This document shows, piece after piece, positions 11,775 through 22,863 of a DNA stretch of 64,000 nt. The notes beneath the pieces were generated by a model. It saw only the letters and a program-made list of their open reading frames with translations, ran no database searches and was not told where the DNA came from. Both the position numbers and the translations under genes were made by a program. The number at the start of each line of letters is the position of its first letter. Within the stretch, counting starts at the first letter, position 1. Origin of the DNA: Candidatus Eiseniibacteriota bacterium (GTDB lineage Bacteria; Eisenbacteria; RBG-16-71-46; SZUA-252); the NCBI GenBank assembly GCA_963703225.1, contig OY969801.1, forward strand, positions 736,001 to 800,000, read 5' to 3'.

Positions 11775-12844
11775 ACACGAAGCGGAATTTGCAAGGGTGG
11801 TTTCGCGCGGGGCTGATGATCGCGGTATCGGTCGCCCTTGCGATCGGAACGGGGCCGGCGCTGGCCGCGAAGGCGGCCAAGCCGGCGGCGCCAGCGCCGG
11901 CGCAGACGGCGATCGACCAGGCCTACGCGAAGTACAAGGACCTCCAAGAGGGGAAGAACGCCGACTACATTCCCGCTCTGGCCAAGGTCGATCCGAATGT
12001 CTTCGGCATCGCGATCGTGACGGTGGACGGCAAGGTCTACACGACGGGCGACATCACGACGCAGGTGTCGATCCAGTCCATCTCGAAGGTGTTCACCATG
12101 GCGAGAGTCATGGAGGAACAAAGCCCGGAGGCGATCATGGACAACATGGGCGTCGACGCGACGGGGCAGGTCTTCAACTCAATCGTGGCCGTCGAGCAGT
12201 ACAAGGGCAGTGAGATGAACGCGATGGTCAATCCGGGCGCCATCACCGCCACGAGCATGATCTCGGGCGCCACTCCGGACGAGATCTGGGGGAAGATCAT
12301 CGGCACGTACAGCGACTTCGCGGGCCGGCCGCTCACGGTCCTGCAGGACGTCTACGAGTCCGAGGCCGCGACGAATCAGCGCAATCAGGCCATCGCGATG
12401 CTCATGTACGCCTATGGGCACATCAAGGACAAGCCGCTCCAAGCCTGCGACATCTACACCAAGCAGTGCTCCGTCGGGGTCAACGCCAAGGACCTGGCCA
12501 TGATGGCGGCGACACTGGCGAACGGCGGGAAGAATCCGGTGACGGGGAAGCAGGTCGTCAACAACGCGAACGTTCCTGAGATTCTGGCCGTCATGGCGAC
12601 GGCCGGGCTCTACGACGATACCGGCAAGTGGCTCTTTAGGACCGGGCTGCCCGCGAAGAGCGGCGTTGGGGGCGGTATCATCGCGGTTTCCCCCGGCAAG
12701 TTCGGCATCGCGGTGGTTTCGCCTCCGCTCGATGGGGCGGGAAACAGCGTGAAGGCGCAGAAGGCGATCGCGGACATCTCGAACGCACTGGGCGGCAATC
12801 CGTACGCGGTGCAGCCGAAGGCGATGGCGACGACTTCCAAGTAA
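11771..12844 (+). CDS. glsA: Glutaminase A with signal peptide
   Basis: ADYIPALAK, catalytic SIQSISKVF (SxxK), NPGAI, GLPAKSGVGGGIIAV.PG. Confidence 0.95.
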   Translation: MNTKRNLQGWFRAGLMIAVSVALAIGTGPALAAKAAKPAAPAPAQTAIDQAYAKYKDLQEGKNADYIPALAKVDPNVFGIAIVTVDGKVYTTGDITTQVSIQSISKVFTMARVMEEQSPEAIMDNMGVDATGQVFNSIVAVEQYKGSEMNAMVNPGAITATSMISGATPDEIWGKIIGTYSDFAGRPLTVLQDVYESEAATNQRNQAIAMLMYAYGHIKDKPLQACDIYTKQCSVGVNAKDLAMMAATLANGGKNPVTGKQVVNNANVPEILAVMATAGLYDDTGKWLFRTGLPAKSGVGGGIIAVSPGKFGIAVVSPPLDGAGNSVKAQKAIADISNALGGNPYAVQPKAMATTSK

Positions 12845-12925
12845 CAGGTCGTTCCTCGCGCGGGGCCCCGGCCGCGAGCAACAATCGCGGAAGGAATTGA
12901 CCAACAACGAAGAGGGGGGTGAATC

Positions 12926-14520
12926 ATGAGTCGCCGATTGGGGTATCGCCGCGGGGTCGTCCTGGCATCGACGGCGGCCGCGATTGTGTTCGGATTTCTT
13001 TACCTGGCGTGCGCGCCGCCGGCCGCGAGAGCGGCCGCGAAGTCAGCCAAGCCCGCCAAGTCGGCGGCTCCAGCCCGGCCGTGAGAGTGGAGAAGGATCT
13101 ACTCGGAGAGAAGGAGATCCCGGCGTCCGCCTACTACGGCGTCCAGACGGCCCGCGCGCTTGAGAATTTCCAGATTTCCGGCGTCCCGATCAACCACTAC
13201 CCGGGCTTCGTCGAGGCGTGGGCCATCGTCAAGCTGGCCGCCGCCCGGGCCAACACCGATGTCGGGGCCATGAAGCCCGAGACCCTTGCGGCGATCGAGA
13301 AGGCGTGCGAGGCCGTTCGCGACGGCAAGTACAACGATCAGTTCATGGTCGATTGGTACCAGGGCGGCGCCGGCACTTCGACGAACATGAACGCGAACGA
13401 GGTGCTCGCCAACGTGGCGCTCGAGCTGAGCGGCCACAAGAAGGGCGAGTACAGCATCGTCGATCCGCACGACGACCTGAACATGTCGCAGTCGACAAAC
13501 GACTCGTACCCGACCGCGATCAAGGTCGCCGTTCTTCTGCGCAACGACAAGCTCATCGCCGAGCTGGAGCAGCTCGCGGCCTCGTTCCGGAAGAAGGGCG
13601 ACGCGTATCTCAGGATCGTGAAGATGGGGCGGACGGAGCTGCAGGACGCGGTGCCCATGACGGTCGGCCAGGAGTTCCACGCCTTCGCCGCCTCGCTCGA
13701 GAGCGAGATCGCTCTGCTGCGCGACGCGGAGAAGTACCTCTACCACGTGAACATGGGAGCGACGGCGATCGGCACGGGAATCAACGTGCCCAAGGGTTAC
13801 CCGGAGAAGTGCGCGGCGCACCTGGCCGAGCTGACGGGGAAGCCCATCGTGCCGGCCGAGGACATGCTGGCCGCGACCTGGGATCAGCAGGGATTCGTCG
13901 TCTACTCGAGCGCCTGAAGAGCGTCGCGATCAAGCTGGCCAAGATCTCGAGCGACCTGATCCTGCTCACGTCGGGGCCGCGCGCGGGGCTGTCCGAGATC
14001 AACCTGCCGGCGCTCCAGCCGGGCTCGTCCATCATGCCGGGCAAGGTCAACCCGGTCGTCCCCGAGGTGGTGGGCATCGTCGCCTTCCGCGTGATGGGAA
14101 ATGACTACAGCGTGACCCTGGCCGCGCACAGCGGCCAGCTCCAGCTCAACGCCTACGAGCCGCTGAACGGCCTGATGATCATCGAGTCGCAGCACCTGCT
14201 CTTCAACGTCTCCAAGCTCTTCCGGACCAAGTGCGTCGACGGCATCACGGTCAACGAGAAGGTGCTGGAGCACTACATGGAGACCACGGTCGGCATCGTG
14301 ACCGCGCTGAATCCGGTGTTCGGCTACGAGAAGGCGACCGAGCTGGCGAATGAGGCCTACAAGAGCGGCAAGGGAATTCTCGAGGTCATCCGGGAGAAGA
14401 AGATCCTGACCGAAGCAGCAGATCGCGGACCTGCTGGATCCGATCAAGCTCACCAATCTCGATCCGAATCTGTATAAGAGACGAAGTAGACATCGGTTTC
14501 CGAAAGGAGTCGGATCATGA
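12926..14520 (+). CDS. aspA: Aspartate ammonia-lyase with N-terminal signal-like extension; frameshifts near 13075, 13913 and 14415
   Basis: RVEKDLLGE, YYGVQTARALENF, QGGAGTSTNMNANEV, SQSTND, KMGRTELQDAVP, signature GSSIMPGKVNP. Confidence 0.9.
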
Positions 14521-15585
14521 AGACCCTACGAATCGCAAGCGCGCTTGGAGCGGCCGCCTTGGTTGTTGCGGTCGCCGCATGCGCCCAGAGCACAAAGAAA
14601 CCACAGGTCGTCATCGTCGCGACCGGCGGAACGATCGCCGGCGCTGCGCCGTCGCAGACCGAGGCGGGCTACAAGTCCGGCGCGGTCGGCGTCGACATCC
14701 TGATCAACGCGGTCCCGCAGCTCAAGGACATCGCCGACGTCACCGGCGAGCAGGTCGCGAGCATCGGCAGCCAGGACATGAACGACGAGGTGTGGCTCAA
14801 GCTCGGGAAAAAGGTGAACGAGATTCTCGCGACGCCCGACGTGAACGGGGTCGCGATCACGCACGGCACCGACACGATGGAGGAGACCTCGTACTTCCTG
14901 GATCTCGTCGTCAAGAGCGACAAGCCGGTGGTGCTGACCGGCTCGATGCGGCCCTCGACCGCGATGAGCGCGGACGGCCCGCTGAACATCTACAACGCGG
15001 TGGCGATCGCGGCCGATCCGATGGCCCGCGGCCGCGGAGTGCTGGTCACCGTGGACGACGACATTCACTCGGCGCACGACATCGTCAAGACGCACACGAC
15101 GGACGTCGGGACGATGAGTTCCGGCGAGGCCGGGCTGGTCGGTGCGACGTTGTTCGGCAAGAACACGTGGTATCGGATGCCGACCAAGGTCCACACGACG
15201 AAGAGCGAGATGAGCATCGACGGCGTGACCGCGCTGCCGCGCGTGGACATCATCTACGCGCACGCGAACATGTCGCCCGACGTGATCACCTCCGCCGTCC
15301 AGAACGGCGCCAAGGGACTGGTGATCGCCGGTGTCGGCGACGGCAACATGACGGCGCCGGCCGTCGAGGCAGTCAAGGCAGCGGCGGCCAAGGGAGTGGT
15401 CGTCGTGCGCTCGTCTCGCGACCAACGGCGGCATCATCCGTCGGAACATCGAAGTCAGCGACGACGAGCTGGGAACGGTGGCCTCGATGGAGCTGAATCC
15501 GGGGAAGGCGCGCGTCCTGCTCCAGCTGGCGCTGTTGAAGACGCAGGATCCGAAGAAGATCCAGGACTACTTCAATCGGTACTAG
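14517..15585 (+). CDS. ansB: Type II L-asparaginase / glutaminase-asparaginase, probable lipoprotein; frameshift near 15420
   Basis: ATGGTIAG, HGTDTMEET, GSMRPSTAMSADGPLN, GVGDGN, LNPGKARVLLQL; lipobox VAAC. Confidence 0.93.
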
Positions 15586-15593
15586 GAGGTTGC

Positions 15594-16926
15594 GTGACGT
15601 TGACCCATCACACGCTGCGTAGCGTCGGACGTGGGAGAGAAAGGACCGCTCTGCGGCTGGTGCTCGGCATCGCCGTACTCGCGGTCTTGCTCTTCCCCCG
15701 CGCTGCGCGGAGCCAATCGGGCATGGGGCTGGTGGGAACGACCGCAACCGTCGATACCACGCTCGAGGCTGGAGAGGCGGACGCGCAGAGGAAGCCGGAA
15801 GAGCGAGGACTGAACAAGTACAACCACTGGGACTTTGGGTTCACTACGTTCCGGGTCGGATATGGACTTGCTTGGGACTTCGCGACCTATTCCCAGGATG
15901 ATGCCGCCAAGCAGCAGGTTGTGTCCGAGCGGAATAACGGATTGCGCGATACGCGGCTTCTGTTCCGGGGCAAGTTCAAAACGAAACGACCGATCACCTG
16001 GACGATGGGCTACATGTACGACGCACCACTCGACGATTGGTTCTTCCGTCAAACGGGATTTATGGTCGGAGTGCCCGAGATCTCGAGCCACTTCTTCATC
16101 GGTCGTACGAAGGAGGGCTATTCACAGTACAAGCACATGATCGGCTACGACCTGTGGACCTTCGAGCGAAACCCATTCCTCGACGCGTTCATCCCCATTC
16201 TCGGGGACGGGATCAAGTGGATCGGGGCGGCGCCGAAGCAGAATCTCGTGTGGCAGCTGGCCTATTTCAGCGACTTCATCGACGATAATGCAAAGTTCGC
16301 CACCTATGACCATCAGGTGGTGGCTCGAATCGTCTGGCTTCCCGCGCTCACGAGTAAGAGGGTGGTGCACCTTGGGCTCATGGGGCGGGATGCCAAGCCC
16401 GACAACGGCCAGTTCCGGGCTCGATCGCGCCCCGAGGATTGGCTCTCGCCGTACTACGTGGACACGGGCACATTCGCCACATCGCACGCAAGAACGCTGG
16501 GAGGGGAGGCTTACTACCGAGACGGTCCGTGGCTCGTCGGAGGGGAATACGGCTGGCAATTCTTCGACGCTCCTGTCTCGGGAGATCCCGTGTTCCATGG
16601 CGGCAACATCAGCGTCGCGTGGCTGATCACGGGCGAGACGCGGCCGTACAACCGGGTCAGCGCCTACTTCAATGCGGTGTCACCGAAGCGGACGGTCTTC
16701 GAAGGTGGTCCCGGAGCCTGGGAAGCATCCCTGAACGTGTCCTATATCGATCTCGACGACGGCACACTGCGGGGAGGTAAGTACTGGAGAGTGACGCCGG
16801 CGATCCTGTGGCACCTGATGGACTACATGCGGATCCAGGCGGAGTACGGCTATGGCGCACTCGATCGTTTCGACCTCGAGCGGAAAGACGCATTTCTTTC
16901 AGCTGCGCCTGTTCACGGGACTTTGA
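15594..16926 (+). CDS. OprO/OprP-family porin; frameshift near 16880
   Basis: SD GGAGGT before GTG; RDTRLLFRG, GRTKEGYS, RARSRPE, WLITGETRPY, GAWE motifs. Confidence 0.8.
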
Positions 16927-16998
16927 TCGGTAGCATTCAAGTCGGGCGACGCAGTTCCTCCAACTCCGGTTCCAAACCACCCTCTAGAGGATTCGACC

Positions 16999-18375
16999 GT
17001 GTCCCTTCAACGAATAGCCATGGTTGTAGCTCGCGTAGCGGTGCTCGTTGGAATGTGTTTTGCGAGTTTCCCGGCTGCGGGCCGGGCGCAGGATGAGGCG
17101 CCGGTAACCGCTGCTGAAGCGGACACGACCGGGAAGAGCGCTACTCGCAAGCGGATACGACCAAGGAAGTCTATTCGAACGAACTGCTCGGAGCAGTTCT
17201 CTCCGGGCTCGGGCTTCGACATCCTGAGAACGAAGCGGGGCAGCCTGAACATCAGCTTCTACGGGCTGCTTCCGGTACGTGAACCAGCTCCCCGCGACGC
17301 CAGACCTTCACGGACCACTTGGGGCGGGAGCGCGCGCGTCAAGACGAACAACATGATCAACTGGCACCGAACGTTCGTGTGGCTGACCGGCTTCTTCTAC
17401 GACCAGAAGTTCCGGTACAACATCTCACTCTGGTCTCTTCCGACGACCCAGCAGACCCTGCTTGTTCGGAAATCTGCGCTACATCGTCAGCAAGCCGCTG
17501 GTGTTTGGTGTCGGTCTTGGGCCGAACCTGACCGCCCGATCGATGCAGGGATCGTGGCCCTATTGGGCCTCGAGCGACCGGCAGATGGGGGAGGAGTTCT
17601 TCCGAGGCGGATTCTCGTCCTCGGTCTGGGTCACGGGCGAGCCGCATGTCCGCGCTTCTTGGTATACGGCCGCCGTGACGAACAACCTGAGCCAGCTCGG
17701 GGTCATTGCGGCGAACGACACGCGGAACATGGGCGTACAGCGCCAGCTGTCTGGACGATGCCCACGACGGGCGAGTTCGGTCCGCGAGGCGGGTTCGGCG
17801 ACATGGAGCACCACGAGCGAGTGGCCACCCGGTTCGGGCGTCCGGCGGCGCACAGCCGAGAGAGCCGCTACGCCCAGCTCAACCAGCCGCCAAACGCGAC
17901 CCAGATCCGGCTCTCGGATGGCGTCTTCCCGTTCGAGGCGGGCGCCCTGGCGGACACCGTGACGGTCGAATACCCTCGACTACGACGAGATGGCCTTCGA
18001 CGCGGCTTCAAGTACAAGGGCTTCTCGTTCCAGGGCGAGTACTACGTGCGGAGGCTCTCGAACTTCGACGCCACCGGCCCGCTGCCGCTCAGCTCCATCA
18101 CGGACCATGGGTTCATGGCCGAGGCGATGCACATGGTCGTGCCCAAGAAGTTGGGCCTGTACGCCGCGACGGGCTACGTCTGGGACGATTTCAAGCGGCA
18201 CCCGTGGGAGGTCGCCGGCGGCGCCAGCTTCTTCCCGTACGGGAATCGGGTCAGTGGCGCCTGAATCTGCACGTGATCCGGGTCGAGAAGTCTCCGACCG
18301 GATCAAGTCTTCGGCTTCTACACGGCCGGCCAGAGCGGAACCACGATCTCGCTCGGGACCGACATTCTGCTCTAA
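16999..18375 (+). CDS. Porin-like outer-membrane beta-barrel, multiply frameshifted
   Basis: Signal peptide; coherent coding segments switch between ORFs 16999, 17462 and 17706 (PTTGEFGPRGGFGD, GFKYKGFSFQGEYY); TAA overlaps the next ATG. Confidence 0.65.
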
Positions 18376-19928
18376 TGGGCCGCACATTCCGAATCCGCAC
18401 GGCCGCCCTGGTCGCATGGGCGGCCGTGCTTCTTCTCGCTCCATGGACGGCGCCCCGCGCGTCCGCCGCGGAGCCCTCCAAGAAAGCCCCGTCCAAGAGC
18501 GTCTCGGCTCAGCTCAAGGAACAGAAACAATTGATCGAGGCCCAGCAGGCGCAGATTGAAGGGCAGAAGGCCGAGATCGAGAGCCAGAAGACGCGGATCG
18601 AGGGCCAGGCCGCGGCGGCCGACAGTCAGGCGGTGAAGATCGACTCCCTGGAGGTAAGGCTTCAGACGCTAGAGGAGCAATTGGCCGCCCTGAAGACAAG
18701 ACTCGCGGGGGTGGAGATGGGCCTGGGGCACGCGGCCCCCGACAGCCTCATCGAGGCGAGGCTCAAGGCGATTGAGGACGAGACGAAGAAGGCTCCGGAG
18801 CTGCCGCCGGACGTCGTGTCCGCTGGGGACTTCCCCGGCTCCATGCGGATTCCCGGAACCGATGCGGCCATCAAATTCGGTGGCCGCGTGCGCACCGCAG
18901 CGGTCTTCACGCTGGATCCCCTGGGAACGGACGACCGCTTTCTCACGAACTCGATCCCAGTTGGAGTGCCTTCGATCAGCGGCGAAGACAAGCGGACGAA
19001 CATCTCCGCGCGGGCAAGCCGGCTCAACACCGAATTTCGTACGCCCATTGGGGCGCAGGAAGTCCGGGCCTTTTTCGAAGGCGACTTCGCGGGCGAGAAC
19101 AACACGTTTCGCCTTCGGCACGCGTACGCCCAGTTCCTTGGTTTCATTGTGGGACAGACCTGGTCGACGTTTTCGGATCCCGCCACCAATCTCGAGGACC
19201 TCGACTTCGAGGGGGTGAGCTCGGAAAACATTATCCGGCAGCCCCTCATTCGCTACTGGTGGTATGTGGACCCCAAGACGCGCGCGGCGTTCGCGATCGA
19301 AAATCCGTCCGTCTCCATCACCGGCGGCCAAGGAGTCAACCTGCTGCCCGACATCGTCGGGAGGGTCGTCCGTGAGGGTAAGAACGGCGGCCACCTGCAG
19401 GTGGCCACCGTGATTCGTCAGATTCGCGGCGAAGCAATTCCCGGGGACGTGCGGTCCGATTGGGGATGGGGACTGAGCGGGAGCGGCGTCTTGCCGTTCA
19501 AGTTCAAGACATTGCAAGATCGCGTGATCTTTCAGGCAAACGGTGGGGAGGGGATCGCGCGGTACATCAACGACCTCCAATCCCTGGGTGGTCAGGACGC
19601 GGTGTTCGACACGACGACCGGGGACCTGAAGGCGTTGCCGGCATTCGGGTGGTACATCGCGTACGAACACGCCTGGAAGGAGTGGAAGGGGGCTGAGACG
19701 ATGAACCTCCGGTCCACCCTCCTTTGGAGCTTTGTCGACGTTCTCAATTTCGACTTTCAACCTCCCGATGCCTATCGCAGAACTCATCGCCTCGCGATCA
19801 ATGTCGTGTTCTCGCCGGCCAAGAGGGTCGATGTCGGCCTCGAGTTCATCAATGGGCATAGGGAGAACAAGGACGGAGAGCACGCGAGCGCAAATCAGGT
19901 GCAGCTCGTGACGCTGATTCGCTTCTAG
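18375..19928 (+). CDS. DcaP-family porin with N-terminal coiled coil
   Basis: Signal peptide MGRTFRIRTAALVAW..ASA; heptad QQAQIE repeats; SMRIPGTDAAIKFGG, FEGDF, FRLRHAY, GQTWSTFSD; terminal F. Confidence 0.85.
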   Translation: MGRTFRIRTAALVAWAAVLLLAPWTAPRASAAEPSKKAPSKSVSAQLKEQKQLIEAQQAQIEGQKAEIESQKTRIEGQAAAADSQAVKIDSLEVRLQTLEEQLAALKTRLAGVEMGLGHAAPDSLIEARLKAIEDETKKAPELPPDVVSAGDFPGSMRIPGTDAAIKFGGRVRTAAVFTLDPLGTDDRFLTNSIPVGVPSISGEDKRTNISARASRLNTEFRTPIGAQEVRAFFEGDFAGENNTFRLRHAYAQFLGFIVGQTWSTFSDPATNLEDLDFEGVSSENIIRQPLIRYWWYVDPKTRAAFAIENPSVSITGGQGVNLLPDIVGRVVREGKNGGHLQVATVIRQIRGEAIPGDVRSDWGWGLSGSGVLPFKFKTLQDRVIFQANGGEGIARYINDLQSLGGQDAVFDTTTGDLKALPAFGWYIAYEHAWKEWKGAETMNLRSTLLWSFVDVLNFDFQPPDAYRRTHRLAINVVFSPAKRVDVGLEFINGHRENKDGEHASANQVQLVTLIRF

Positions 19929-19967
19929 CCGGCGTGGTCGGCGCACGCCGCACGCCTGTCGAGGGCC

Positions 19968-21065
19968 CTATCGAGCCTTGGAGTTATCCATCGCGTCGGG
20001 TGAGCTCAGGGCGGACGGACCGATGCGGACCGTGCCGCCGTCCGGCGCGTCCGGCGCGACCTCGGTCACGGTTTGGATCCGCGCAGGGTCGCCGAGCGCC
20101 AGCTCCGCGAGCGCGGAGGTGACGCGGCCTGCGAGGAGTTGTGATTGCTCCAATGTCCGCGCGGTTGCCGTCACACGGATGGGCTGGGAGCTACGGGGTG
20201 CCTGATTGAGCCATCCGGCCGCCTCGATCATAACCGGCGGAATGGTCCTCTGCGCTCCGGCGCCCGCCGCTCTCGACGCGGCCCCCGCCTTGTGTCCCGC
20301 GAGCAGGCTCTGCCCGGAGAAGACCAGCGTCGGGCCTTCAGCCGAGTCGAGCCGATAGGCGGACACGCTGAAGCCCTCGCCAACGAAATTCCGCTTGTTT
20401 CCTGCGCGGTCGTAGGCCTCGAAGATGTAGGAGTAGGTGACCCCCGGCGATACGAGAGCGCCCGCGGCGGAGCGCCCGTCCCACGCGATCTCCCGTGGAG
20501 GATCGCCCTTGCCATCGAACGTGGTCACGGTTTGGCCCTTCGAGTCGGCTACGACGAGCTTCCACCGCTCGACGCCTTTCACGTTGGGCTGAAAGCGCGC
20601 CACCGGCCCCGTCGCAAACTGGCGAAGCCACGGGTGCGCCACGTAGGGCGAGATTCCCACCGCCGAGCCCGCGAGGTAGGCGGTCAGCAGGTCCGGCGGC
20701 ACGCGGTTCAAGACGTCGCCCGCCAAGCCCGATTCGAGGCCGCCGACCTTTTCGGGATCGAGGTCGAGCGTGAGCGGCGGGCGCTCGATGTCGAGGTGTA
20801 CGTGGTCTTCGCCCTCGACGGTCAGCGTGCGGAGGTCGGTCCGCTCTTGCCCGCCGCGAAGCGTCATGCTCGTGTCGACCTTCGCCTCGGTATTCCGCGG
20901 CGCGGGGGAGGTCGCCTGCTTCAGCGCCGCCTCGGAGACGGGGGGGCGCGCCGGAGCCGCGGCTTCGAGCCGAGAGCCACCGGCCAGGGCCAGCACGCTC
21001 AGAGCCACGATCCAAGGGAGGGCCAGACCGAAGCGCTCGGCCACATCACGTTGGTATGACATCAA
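19968..21065 (-). CDS. Exported protein with FlgD-like Ig domain
   Basis: Signal/TM segment; WKLVVADSKGQTVTTFDGKGDPPREIAWDGR...YSYIFEAYDRAGN. Confidence 0.7.
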   Translation of the reverse strand: MMSYQRDVAERFGLALPWIVALSVLALAGGSRLEAAAPARPPVSEAALKQATSPAPRNTEAKVDTSMTLRGGQERTDLRTLTVEGEDHVHLDIERPPLTLDLDPEKVGGLESGLAGDVLNRVPPDLLTAYLAGSAVGISPYVAHPWLRQFATGPVARFQPNVKGVERWKLVVADSKGQTVTTFDGKGDPPREIAWDGRSAAGALVSPGVTYSYIFEAYDRAGNKRNFVGEGFSVSAYRLDSAEGPTLVFSGQSLLAGHKAGAASRAAGAGAQRTIPPVMIEAAGWLNQAPRSSQPIRVTATARTLEQSQLLAGRVTSALAELALGDPARIQTVTEVAPDAPDGGTVRIGPSALSSPDAMDNSKAR

Positions 21066-21074
21066 AAACCTCCT

Positions 21075-22019
21075 CTATCCGGCTTCCCGGAGGCGGAACT
21101 GGAACGTAATCGTGCCCCACTGGTCGCCCGTCCGTCCGCCGGTCAGCGGCTTGAAGCGCCACGTGCGCAGAGCGACGCGCGCGTTCTCATCGAAGTCCCC
21201 GAAGCCCGCGGTCCGCTGGACCACAATGTCCTCTCTCACGGTTCCGTTGGGCCGAACGACGAAATAGAGCGTGACCGAGCCTTCTTGAGCCTCGCGCTTC
21301 GCCCAATCGGGATAGATCGGAAGGGAATGGAAGAGCACCGGCCGGTCCGCGACAGGTCCCAGCAGGGATGCGCCCGCGACCGTGCGCTGGGCCGTGGCCT
21401 CGCCCGGTCTGGCGGGGTTATCCGCCTCCGACCGTGCGCCTTCCGCGATCGCTGCGGGCGAAAGAGTCGCCAGGGCCGCCGGCGCGATGCCACGCGACAA
21501 CTCCAGCGCTGCGGCGCCGCCCGCTCCATCGCGTGCCAGCTTGAGCGGCGCGGATCCGGAGCCGCCGGGTCCCGCGACCGTGGCCGTGGTTCCCAGGAGC
21601 GACGCCGGGTTCAGGGACGTCGCGGCGCCCGCGGGCTTCGCGGGCCCGCTGCGTTGCATCGATGCGAGTCGAGCCTCGAGGCGGTCCGCCAAGGGGTCCA
21701 ACTCCGATCCAACCGCGACATCTCCCTGCGAGGCGCTTCGACGGAACTGTAGGTTTTCGCGGCTTGCGTTCGCCAAGCCGGGAACGGTCTTCCGTCCCGG
21801 GGAAGCGAGCTCGACCGTGGACGCGGATGCTGGCGATGCGCTGAGATCACCGGGATCCAAGAGCGTGATTTCGGTCACGACGGGTAGCTCGGAGACAGGG
21901 CTCTTGAGGGTCATCACCCCGAGAAAGAGGAACGCATGGAGCGCGAGGCTGGCCGACATGGCCCGGCGCGTCACTCGTCGTGAGCGTACGAAATCGAGTT
22001 TCAACGACGCGACGCTCAT
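21075..22019 (-). CDS. tonB: TonB-family energy transducer
   Basis: N-terminal TM SLALH; C-terminal P.YP.WAKR...EG.V.L.FVV..NG.V...FDE.A..AL..WRFKP. Confidence 0.88.
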   Translation of the reverse strand: MSVASLKLDFVRSRRVTRRAMSASLALHAFLFLGVMTLKSPVSELPVVTEITLLDPGDLSASPASASTVELASPGRKTVPGLANASRENLQFRRSASQGDVAVGSELDPLADRLEARLASMQRSGPAKPAGAATSLNPASLLGTTATVAGPGGSGSAPLKLARDGAGGAAALELSRGIAPAALATLSPAAIAEGARSEADNPARPGEATAQRTVAGASLLGPVADRPVLFHSLPIYPDWAKREAQEGSVTLYFVVRPNGTVREDIVVQRTAGFGDFDENARVALRTWRFKPLTGGRTGDQWGTITFQFRLREAG

Positions 22020-22444
22020 CGCGCGGCCTCCGTTTTCTGTCGGGTCGCCAGCGCAAGGCGCGTCGCGCCGGCGGCGCGGGCGTCGGCGAGGACCCCTTGG
22101 ACCGAGCGGAACGACACGCCGGAGTCTGCGCGCACGACGACCAGGACTCCTCGGTTCCGGTCCTCGGACAGGCGGGCGCGGAGCGCCGGTGTGAGATCGG
22201 ATCGCGGCACGATGTCTTCGTCGACCGCGATGGCCCCGCTGGTCGAGAGCGTGATGCTCACGTTCCGCTCGTCCTCGGCTTCCCGGGTGTGCGCCTGCGG
22301 CAGGTCGACCGGGAGATCCGCCTGCGAGAGCAGGGGAGCGGTCACCAGGAGAATGATGACGAGCACCAACGCCACGTCGATGATCGGGGTGACGTTGACC
22401 TTGGTGATCATCACCTGGTACCCGGGAACGCGGCCCCGTCTCAT
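22016..22444 (-). CDS. exbD: ExbD/TolR-family protein (copy 2)
   Basis: VNVTPIIDVALVLVIILLV, VDLPQA, VVRADSGV. Confidence 0.9.
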   Translation of the reverse strand: MRRGRVPGYQVMITKVNVTPIIDVALVLVIILLVTAPLLSQADLPVDLPQAHTREAEDERNVSITLSTSGAIAVDEDIVPRSDLTPALRARLSEDRNRGVLVVVRADSGVSFRSVQGVLADARAAGATRLALATRQKTEAAR

Positions 22445-22445
22445 G

Positions 22446-22862
22446 TCAGCCTCCTAGAACCGCGATTTGGGCCGCGCCGCAGGCCTTTGCGTCGTCGAGG
22501 ACGCCCACGAACGTGCCGTGCGTGACGTCCCCCTCGCAGCGGACGACGACCACCTTGGTACCGCTGCCGTCGAGGAGCGGCTTGAGGAACTGGGTCAGGG
22601 CGGACCGGAGGATCTGGGTTCGATTCACGACGACCGTCTCGGGATCGAGAATCGTGATCTCGATCCGCTCGGTGTCCGCGGTGATCGCGGCCTTTCGGCC
22701 CTCCTGCGCGGCGCGCTGCACCGCGATGCTCGATTGGAAGGCGAGCGGGGTCGCCACCATGAGGATGACGACGAGCACGAGCGAGACGTCGATCAGCGGC
22801 GTCATGTTCGGCTCGAAGATGCCCTCTTCGTGACGGGTGCGGGTCCGTCGAATGGGGGCCAT
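22446..22862 (-). CDS. exbD: ExbD/TolR-family protein (copy 1)
   Basis: PNMTPLIDVSLVLVVILMVATP with the conserved TM Asp. Confidence 0.9.
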   Translation of the reverse strand: MAPIRRTRTRHEEGIFEPNMTPLIDVSLVLVVILMVATPLAFQSSIAVQRAAQEGRKAAITADTERIEITILDPETVVVNRTQILRSALTQFLKPLLDGSGTKVVVVRCEGDVTHGTFVGVLDDAKACGAAQIAVLGG

Positions 22863-22863
22863 C

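Noticed and set aside
14517..17096. 859-aa asparaginase-porin fusion
   Set aside because: Artefact of an indel near 15420; asparaginase ends at TAG 15585 and the porin has its own SD, GTG and signal peptide
17706..19928. 740-aa ORF as one protein
   Set aside because: The N-terminal part is off-frame sequence of the upstream porin; the real start is ATG 18375
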